From: Candidatus Helarchaeota ASGARD archaeon Hel_GB_B | Lineage (GTDB): Archaea; Asgardarchaeota; Lokiarchaeia; Helarchaeales; HEL-GB-B | Assembly: GCA_005191425.1 (NCBI GenBank) | Contig: SUPR01000118.1 | Span: 1 to 9,508 of the forward strand | Length of the DNA stretch: 9,508 nucleotides | Direction of reading: 5' to 3' | Part shown: one piece after another, positions 1-7,066 of the stretch | Layout of the letters: every line of letters begins with the position of its first letter | Numbering within the stretch: position 1 is the first letter of the stretch | Position numbers and translations under genes: made by a program | Notes under the pieces: generated by a model | Told to the model about the DNA's origin: nothing | What the model saw: only the letters and a program-made list of their open reading frames with translations | Database searches by the model: none

Positions 1-288
1 ACTTTATAATCTTTATTTTTCTTTATAAGATGTTTTTTAAATAAATTTCAGTCTTTTATAAAATCATAATTTTTTTCTATTTATCTATTATAATCATATC
101 AATTGTCATACTAATGATTACCCTTTAATCTTTACATTTGATACTTTAAAATTGTTAAATTGTAATATAAAATGCGTCTTTTTTTAAAAAAAATTTGATT
201 TGATAAGGATTTTTATTTCATAATTTAAGAATAAGGTATTTCTAATTTTATAATATATATGAAAATATAGTAATTGAATATATAGAAA

Positions 289-307
289 TTCGGATTTTGT
301 GTCCGAA
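289..307. promoter_or_regulatory. Inverted repeat TTCGGA-N7-TCCGAA, putative operator upstream of the Cys-rich miniprotein gene
   Basis: Perfect 6-bp GC-containing arms (289-294, 302-307) in an otherwise extremely AT-rich spacer. It lies downstream of a TATA-like TTTATAAT (247-254) and ~33 nt before ATG 340. Function is inferred. Confidence 0.35.
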
Positions 308-339
308 AATAATAAAAATTCTTTATTAATGTGATTGAA

Positions 340-606
340 ATGTGTAATTATTGTGAATGTGAGGAAATGGAAAAATGCTCTATTAAAGGATATTTGCTAA
401 ATGACTTCTGTTGCGAAAAATGCACTGACAGAAATGGTACATTTTGTGCTAAGCTTAACAAAGATGTCTCAGGGACATACGATATATCAGACCCAAAGTT
501 AATAACACAAATCTTTGACCAATTAGAAGCTAAAATTAAAACTGAATTAAGCAATTACAAGGAAATTATTCTTAGCAAAGCAAAAAAAGAAGTAATTATA
601 AGATAG
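340..606 (+). CDS. Small Cys-rich hypothetical protein (putative metal-binding), 88 aa
   Basis: The ORF track starts at GTG 331, but GTGAT (331-335) looks like an archaeal SD for ATG 340. Cys pattern is C-x2-C-x-C-x5-C-x10-CC-x2-C-x7-C, followed by an amphipathic helical tail (DPKLITQIFDQLEAKIKTEL). Ends at TAG. Confidence 0.75.
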   Translation: MCNYCECEEMEKCSIKGYLLNDFCCEKCTDRNGTFCAKLNKDVSGTYDISDPKLITQIFDQLEAKIKTELSNYKEIILSKAKKEVIIR

Positions 607-916
607 AATAATTAAGTTTATTCTCTAATTTACTTAATTTTTTCCTTAAAATAAGATACGAAAATTAGTTAAATTGTTCCTAAAATTAATATAAATTTCA
701 AGGAAAAATTACAATAATCAGTACTCATCGACTAAATTTAACATTTAATAAAACAACTTTTTAACCAGAACCCTTCTTATTTTATAGTCTTTTTCAATAT
801 AAATTAAAAAAATTAAATCCCTTAAATCTTTTTTATATTCATATTCCCTTATTTTTAAATTAAATCCTAAAAATTTGAAAATTATTTTAATAAAATTCTT
901 TAATATTATGTTATTA

Positions 917-1813
917 TTAATAGGCTAACTTTATTATCTCTTTTTTAATACCCCACTCATTTAAAATTTTTTCTGAATCTTCCATAATTCTTTCAATTCG
1001 TTCTTTTATGGGTATAATATCATCAATTAATGCAACAGACATTGATGGGACTGGTGAGTCTTTTAATGAAAAATGAAATACTCTCTTATAAAATTCTGTA
1101 TCGTCATATCCTTTAATTTTAACTAATTTCTCCATTTTAAATTTTTCTGATATTGGACATTCAGTTGTAGCCATTAATAATGTCCCGAAACATACCGCTG
1201 AAGCACCCATCATTAATGCTGATAAAAATCCTCTTGCATCAGCTATCCCACCTGCTGCTATTAATTTTGCATTTTTCAAAATCTTTTTTGCTACTGTCAT
1301 ATTTATCAATGTCGTATTTTGCAGTGGATTTTTAAAACCAGTCCCCTCTAAGCCTACTATTACAACAAAATCTGCACCATGTTTATCTGCACTAATTGCG
1401 TGCTCAATAGTCGCACATTTATGGATCCAAATACACCCTGATTCATGTAATCTTGTGCCAATTTTTTCAGATTTATAAGCACTAGTTGTCATTATTTTAA
1501 TACCAAAGTCTATTGCAGCTTCCACATAAGGTAAAAAATTGTCCTCGTTCATTAACCGGGCAAAATGTTCAATTGGGGGATTTAAGCTAAAATTTATACC
1601 AAATGGTCTCGATGTCAGGGATTGCATTTTCTCAAGTTCAGCTTTAAATTTCTTAACATTTCTAAAATTATGAGCTGTTATTATCCCAAGACCACCAGCT
1701 TCAGAAAATGGAGCTGCAAACTCCGCTCGCCCAAGTCCCGCAAATGCACCCATTATCATTGGATGCTCTATTTTCGCTACTTTTGTGAAGGATGTTTCTA
1801 TTTTAATTGTCAT
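917..1813 (-). CDS. Nitronate monooxygenase / 2-nitropropane dioxygenase / FabK-like FMN-dependent oxidoreductase (TIM barrel)
   Basis: Family motifs: N-terminal HPMIMGAF...SEAGGLGII, RPFGINF, GADFVVIVGLEG, and the FMN-phosphate-binding LIAAGGIADARGFLSALMMGASAVCFGT...TEC. GTGAT SD-like motifs lie upstream on the minus strand (1817-1821, 1825-1829). Confidence 0.9.
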   Translation of the reverse strand: MTIKIETSFTKVAKIEHPMIMGAFAGLGRAEFAAPFSEAGGLGIITAHNFRNVKKFKAELEKMQSLTSRPFGINFSLNPPIEHFARLMNEDNFLPYVEAAIDFGIKIMTTSAYKSEKIGTRLHESGCIWIHKCATIEHAISADKHGADFVVIVGLEGTGFKNPLQNTTLINMTVAKKILKNAKLIAAGGIADARGFLSALMMGASAVCFGTLLMATTECPISEKFKMEKLVKIKGYDDTEFYKRVFHFSLKDSPVPSMSVALIDDIIPIKERIERIMEDSEKILNEWGIKKEIIKLAY

Positions 1814-2420
1814 TTAATCACTAAATCACATAGATATTTAATAAGTAAATAATTTAATTTAATTTAACTATTATATCTAAAAATTTTTCTATAATTTTTT
1901 ACTATACCGATCAATAGAAAATAGAATAATATTTTTTTAACCATTATCTCCAAAATTTTATTGAAAAACAATATATCCCTTTTAGTTTTTATTAAGAAAA
2001 ATATACGAGCTCTATTTAAAAATATATTTTAATAATAAATTTTTATAATATTTAAATTTAGGAAGAAAATAAACATTATAACGAATCAAAATTAGTTTTA
2101 CTATATTATTCATTATAGAATTTTTTTAAATAACTCAGGTAACATTATTAATTTTAAAAGATTTTCAATTTAGATATTAAACTTTTTAATTACTATTCCA
2201 ATTTTCTTCATTGATAATTATTTTTAATAAAAATTTCGATATTTAATTATAATAATTTAATTTTATAATTATTCAGATTTATAGAAAATTAATGGTGTGA
2301 AAAAAATTGAATATTATTTAATAATCAATAAATATTTTGAATTTCTAGATTATGAATAAAATTTTATGGATAAAATTTATTAAAATGATAAATATCATCT
2401 AACAAAAACTAGTGTTAAAA

Positions 2421-4466
2421 ATGGACTGGGATTCTATAAGTGAAAAATTAGCTAAATTAGAAGAAAATACTCGGAAAAAAGTTGCAGCTTTAAATGCCAT
2501 AATACAACAAAAAGACCAGATAATAGCTAATCAATCTGCTGAAATCGAATCATATAAAACAAATATGGAACTAATTAAGGGAGATATCCAGGAATTATTA
2601 GCAACGAGTAAAGAAGTTCAAAACCAGAATTTGGAATACAAGACGAGAGTCGAAGAATTGGAAGAAGAAAATAAAAAGCTTTTAGATGAAATAAAAGAGT
2701 CTAAAAATAAAATTAATGAATATGAAACAAGTCAAAAAGAAAATTTGGAAAAAATTAGAGAATTACAAAACATAATTGATGAAACAAAAAAAGAAAGAGA
2801 CGAAATGACAATATTAAAAGAAATGAATGTTTCACTCACAAATAAAAGATTTGAACTTCAACAAAAAGTCATGAAATTAGAGCAAGAATTAAAGCAAAAA
2901 AAAGAATCCGAAGAGACCAGCCAAATTTCAGAATCTGAATTTGAAGGTCTTAAAAAAGAACTTGAAGATACAAAAAATGTAAATCAAAATTTAAAAGAAG
3001 AAATTGGTAAAAATAAAGAACTTCTAAACAAATTGAATGAAAAAATCGAACACATAGAAAAAGAAAAAGACGGACTTGAAAATGATTTAGAAACATTAAA
3101 AGCAGACAAAGAAAATCTTGAAAAAATAAACTTAGACTTAGAACAAAAAAACCAAAATCTAATCCAAAAAAATAAAGAATTAGAAGACAAACTTCGTAAC
3201 CTAGAGAAAGAAAAATCTGAAATAATATTAAAAGCAAAATCTTTAGAAGAATCAACTGTTGATGTAGAAGAGGCTGTTAAAGTAAAAGAAGAAGAAATTT
3301 CCAAATTAAATAAAACAATCTCACAATATGAAATGGAAATTAGCTCACTAGAGCGAAAATTGAGCCATATTGATGGACTTGAAAACGAACTTGATAATTT
3401 AAAAGAGTCCGTTAAAACATTGACGTTAAATAATAAAGCATTAGAACGAGAAAAAATAAAATTAAAGGAAGAAATAGACAAATTAAATAAAGACCTCCAA
3501 AAATTTGATTTAGACAAGAAAAATCTCCTCAGTGAGATCTCAAGATTAAAACTAGAAAATGATGAACTCAATAAAGATCTTGAAAAGGCAAAAGACCAAG
3601 ATGAAATTGGTAGAATACTAAAATCAGAAATAGCTAGACTCGAAAAATCAAAATTGGAACTTATTAAACAATTATCAGAGCAAGAGACATTAAAAGCTAA
3701 ATTACAAAGGTTAGAAAAGGAAAATATTGAACTAATAGAAAATATCAAAAAACTTGAGAGCGATAATTCAAATCTAAAGAAAGAACTACTTAACTTAACA
3801 CCATATAAAGATGAAAACTTAAAACTGAAAAATAAATTGGACAGTATGCAACAAAATGCCATGACATTAGAAGAAAAATTACGAAAATTACAAAATGAAA
3901 TCAACCAACAAAAGACCAAAAATATTACAATAATCGAATTAGAACAAAACTACAACAAATTAAAAACGAAGTATTCTCAAATTGTCGAAGAGAAAATCAA
4001 ACTTGAAGAGGAAAACAGGCTGCACCTTGACCAAATAAAAGAACTTATCGCAAAAGAAGAATTATATTATAGATATAAAGAAGAAAATATGCAATTAGAC
4101 CAAAATATACTCAATTTACAATTAAAAAATAAGAAACTTGAGGAAGAAATTTCAAAATTCCGCGATTTAGACTTGGAATTCACTAAATTAAAAAATAAAT
4201 ACAATTCCTTAAGCACTGAAAAATCAAAATTAGAACGCAGGTTTAATGAATTAATTGACCAAAATAAAGAGCTTGATAAATTTAAAGATCTACAAATTCA
4301 ACAGAACCATAAAATTATGGCATTAGAAAATGACAATAGAATTCTAAGAAACAAAATCTCACAACTTAATTCTGAATTGGAGAAGTTTGAAAGAATGAAA
4401 GATGATTTCAGAAAAATTAGGGACGAAAATCTTCAACTAAAAACAGAACTCAAAAAATTAATGTGA
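2421..4466 (+). CDS. Long coiled-coil protein (~681 aa), no recognisable globular domain
   Basis: Uninterrupted E/K/L/N/Q-rich ORF with clear heptads (LKADKEN LEKINLD LEQKNQN LIQKNKE LEDKLRN LEKEKSE, 3096-3221). It has a single Pro, no Cys, no TM segment and no Walker motif. Start is ATG 2421 or GTG 2412; stop is TGA. Confidence 0.85.
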   Translation: MDWDSISEKLAKLEENTRKKVAALNAIIQQKDQIIANQSAEIESYKTNMELIKGDIQELLATSKEVQNQNLEYKTRVEELEEENKKLLDEIKESKNKINEYETSQKENLEKIRELQNIIDETKKERDEMTILKEMNVSLTNKRFELQQKVMKLEQELKQKKESEETSQISESEFEGLKKELEDTKNVNQNLKEEIGKNKELLNKLNEKIEHIEKEKDGLENDLETLKADKENLEKINLDLEQKNQNLIQKNKELEDKLRNLEKEKSEIILKAKSLEESTVDVEEAVKVKEEEISKLNKTISQYEMEISSLERKLSHIDGLENELDNLKESVKTLTLNNKALEREKIKLKEEIDKLNKDLQKFDLDKKNLLSEISRLKLENDELNKDLEKAKDQDEIGRILKSEIARLEKSKLELIKQLSEQETLKAKLQRLEKENIELIENIKKLESDNSNLKKELLNLTPYKDENLKLKNKLDSMQQNAMTLEEKLRKLQNEINQQKTKNITIIELEQNYNKLKTKYSQIVEEKIKLEEENRLHLDQIKELIAKEELYYRYKEENMQLDQNILNLQLKNKKLEEEISKFRDLDLEFTKLKNKYNSLSTEKSKLERRFNELIDQNKELDKFKDLQIQQNHKIMALENDNRILRNKISQLNSELEKFERMKDDFRKIRDENLQLKTELKKLM

Positions 4467-4510
4467 AATTTTTTATTTAAAAACTTATAAATCATTAAAA
4501 TTGAATAATT

Positions 4511-5758
4511 ATGGACAACTCTATGTATTCAAAAAATAAAGTGGATATTAGTAAAGATAGAATTAAATCAATAGATATTTTCAAAGGAATCGCTATTTTT
4601 TGGATTATTGGAGGGCATATTACTTGGTATTGGCTTAGAGAAGATTCTCTCTGGATAAATGATTTCTTATTGGTCTTCATCTTTTGGCCAATAACTGCAG
4701 TCAACTTTATAATGCTGTCGGGAATGAATTTAGGAATAAGTGTTAATGCGAAAAAAGATAATAATTGGTCTAATCACCAAATTAGAAGTCATATATTTAG
4801 ACGCCTAGCCATTTTATTAATTGTTTCAATTTTTTATAATTTTATGGTCGGACTCTTTACTTCAATGTATGAATGGTATTATCTATACGCTTGATTTATT
4901 TTGCAGACTATTACATTCAGTCTTAGCCTGTTATTAATTTTTATAAATTTAAACCATATCATTAAAATAGGGATTGGACTCCTTTTTATCATTTTTTCAT
5001 ATCCAATTCACTATCTTTTAATGACATTAAATACTGGTGGGTCTATTTTAGACTTCATTTTATATTATCCATATGATAAATTTCCATTATTACCATGGGA
5101 GGGACTTAGTTTTATTGGATATGTTATTGGAGAAATTTTTTATGATGTTAAATATAAATCTAAAAGTGATCTTAGAATTAAAAAAATGAAAAAGTTCATA
5201 TTTTACATTCTAATAATTGGGACCAGATTTCTAGTATCCGGAATATTGCTTGGGTCAAATTATCCCGTAAATACACCATATGAAGGATATTGGTATAATT
5301 TGGCATTATTTCACATTAATATTATGAATACAAATCAATTTCTTATATTTTTAAACTTGCCGTATTTTATATTAAAAGGGCATTTCACATTTATGTTTTA
5401 TTCACTTGGAATTGATTTTATTATTTTATCTCTGTTGACTTATTGCGCAGATTTCAAAAGGGTGAAAAATACAATTTTAAATTGTTTTTCTTTTTCAGGA
5501 AAATTTGCATTCTCTATTTTTTTGTATCATAATTTTTGGATTCCACTTTTTTATAGGCAATTCGATTATATTTGGGGCTGGCCAGCATGGATCGGTTATG
5601 CATTTCTTGTTATTTTTCTAATCTGGATTTCAGTAAAAAAATTTAATGGAATAGGGACTATTGAATGGTTGGTGGTAATTTTTACATACAAGCAGCGAAA
5701 AAAAATTGAGTTTAAAATAAAAAATCTGAATATATTTCAAAATGAGTTTCCATTATAG
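4511..5758 (+). pseudogene. DUF1624 / heparan-alpha-glucosaminide N-acetyltransferase-like polytopic membrane acyltransferase with one in-frame TGA (4892-4894); pseudogene, readthrough or sequencing error
   Basis: ORFs 4511-4894 and 4901-5758 are in the same frame, separated only by TGA-TTT-ATT, giving ...WYYLYA*FILQTITFS.... The N-terminal RIKSIDIFKGIAIFWIIGGH matches the family RxxSIDxxRGxAIxxMxxxH motif. YPYDKFPLLPWEG matches the FPLxPW motif, and there are many hydrophobic TM segments. Joined length is 415 codons. Confidence 0.75.
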
Positions 5759-5993
5759 ATAATTTTAAATTTAATAATAGAATTTAATAAACAATTTTTT
5801 CAATATTATTATTACAATAAATGTAATTAGGTTTATCTAAAAGTAGTTAATGGTTTTTTAAAGTTTTTATGCTAATTCTCTCTGTATTAACTAATGATTC
5901 GGTTGAAGTAACTTAATTATGTTAAAAATAATCGAATTTAATTTGAATTGAAATTAATTTGGTATAAATTAATCAAAATTTTTATTAAAAAAA

Positions 5994-6040
5994 ACCAAAG
6001 CTTTTTATATATACGGTGTATATACTAGTATATATACCAA
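5994..6040 (+). promoter_or_regulatory. Putative archaeal BRE/TATA promoter with overlapping palindromic operator for the zinc-ribbon/tfb unit
   Basis: Purine-rich CCAAAG followed by CTTTTTATATA (TATA ~6003-6010), then TATATAC-GGT-GTATATA (6008-6024) and a perfect 16-bp palindrome TATATACTAGTATATA (6019-6034). A GTGA SD-like motif is at 6091-6094 before ATG 6101. Confidence 0.5.
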
Positions 6041-6100
6041 ACTCAAACTTAGATTTTTTTGAATTTGAAGGCTATAAAACTCTAAAAAATGTGAAAAAAA

Positions 6101-7066
6101 ATGTTTACACATGAATTATTAAGATGTAGTAAATGTGAAAGCGAAAATATCACAGCATATCAAATAATTCAGACCAGAAAACAGATTGTAATTTGGTATA
6201 GATGTATTGATTGTGGCATTAAAGATAAATTAGCCTTAGATATAAGTGAAAAAGTTTATTTATTAGGAAATTTAAGTAGAATCTTTTTTAAATGTTATAG
6301 ATGTGGAAGTCCTATTGTAATTCAAGAATTAAAATCAAATGCCAAAGTTAAGGTACTAAAATATCTTTGCTTGAAGAAAGGTAAATCAGGTAAAAAGATA
6401 ATCAGTAATGTATTATATTCTGACTTAAGAATGAAGTATTTGAGTATAAAAGAAAAGCCTGAACAACCTCTATCTGATGATGATTATAAAAAAATTAAAA
6501 GTATAAAAATTACATGCCCAAATTGCAAAAATTTGATCTCAAGATATGCAAAATATTGTACATATTGTGGAATAAATTTAGATGAGTTTAAACATAAAAA
6601 TGGGCACTGTTCTCGCTGCGGTGCGGTCATAAAACCCAATGCAAATTTTTGTACTAGTTGTGGCTTAAACCTAAAAGCTGAGAAATCAAATTTAACTGAA
6701 TCAAATGGTTCAGATGACCCATTTAAAAATCAGGTAGAATGTCATTATTGTGGAGCAATAATTCCAGATGGTGAGAATTGTCCAGTTTGTGGTGCAAGGC
6801 TCCATTGTGAATGCGGTGCTTTATATAAACAAGGTGCTAAATATTGCATGCAATGCGGAAGAGAAGTCGAAATACCTGATGAAAACGAAGAGGAATTTGA
6901 AAGTGAAAACTATGTAGTATGTCCAAATTGTAAGAATGAAGTACAAATTAGCTACAATTATTGTACATTTTGTGGATATAACATGGAAAACGTAGTCCCT
7001 GAGAAAAAAGATAAGCAAAAAAATCTAAGTAAAAGTGATTCAATAAATTGGGAGGAATCAAAATAA
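6101..7066 (+). CDS. Multi zinc-ribbon protein (double zinc ribbon, DZR-type repeats), 321 aa
   Basis: 27 Cys: 12 CxxC, one CxC and one lone Cys. There are five C-terminal ribbons of type Cxx(x)C-x9/10-CxxC (CPNC..CTYC, CSRC..CTSC, CHYC..CPVC, CEC..CMQC, CPNC..CTFC). Two longer N-terminal ribbons precede them (CSKC-x22-CIDC, and CYRC-x21-C lacking a fourth ligand). Confidence 0.85.
   Translation: MFTHELLRCSKCESENITAYQIIQTRKQIVIWYRCIDCGIKDKLALDISEKVYLLGNLSRIFFKCYRCGSPIVIQELKSNAKVKVLKYLCLKKGKSGKKIISNVLYSDLRMKYLSIKEKPEQPLSDDDYKKIKSIKITCPNCKNLISRYAKYCTYCGINLDEFKHKNGHCSRCGAVIKPNANFCTSCGLNLKAEKSNLTESNGSDDPFKNQVECHYCGAIIPDGENCPVCGARLHCECGALYKQGAKYCMQCGREVEIPDENEEEFESENYVVCPNCKNEVQISYNYCTFCGYNMENVVPEKKDKQKNLSKSDSINWEESK
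7051..7056 (+). promoter_or_regulatory. Shine-Dalgarno GGAGGA for tfb, embedded in the end of the upstream CDS
   Basis: GGAGGA lies 9 nt upstream of ATG 7066. The upstream stop TAA (7064-7066) overlaps this ATG (TAATG). Confidence 0.7.

Noticed and set aside
348-554. 68-aa minus-strand ORF
   Set aside because: Antisense shadow of the Cys-rich gene, with no motif or SD.
639-708. 13/14-bp inverted repeat (639-652 / 695-708) in the convergent gap
   Set aside because: Almost all A/T with a 42-nt spacer, as expected by chance at this composition. It could assist termination but cannot be supported.
813-870. TTAAATCC direct repeat (813, 860) and scattered TCC(C)T(T)AAA motifs; considered as iterons or CRISPR remnants
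   Set aside because: Short, irregularly spaced and degenerate. There is no constant repeat-spacer period and no adjacent rep or cas gene.
1622-1852. 76-aa plus-strand ORF
   Set aside because: Overlaps the well-supported flavoenzyme gene on the opposite strand and has no recognisable features.
2950-3919. Long minus-strand ORFs (311 aa and 101 aa) rich in F/S/L
   Set aside because: Typical antisense shadows of a GAA/AAA-rich coiled-coil gene, whose codon bias depletes stops on the reverse strand.
2412-4466. Annotation as SMC/Rad50, myosin or chemoreceptor
   Set aside because: No Walker A/B, signature motif, hinge, zinc hook, motor head or TM segments. Any such hit would reflect coiled-coil composition only.
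4495-4704. 69-aa minus-strand ORF
   Set aside because: Antisense to the acyltransferase N-terminus, with no independent support.
4511-5758. Two separate genes (127 aa + 285 aa), or an alternative genetic code with UGA=Trp/Gly
   Set aside because: The halves are in frame and together form one family-length protein, and TTG 4901 has no SD. A code change is not supported, because no other gene here has an internal TGA and TGA ends the coiled-coil gene.
7048-7065. TTG start at 7048 for tfb
   Set aside because: The extension contains the SD itself (GGAGGA). ATG 7066 has proper SD spacing and a TAATG overlap.
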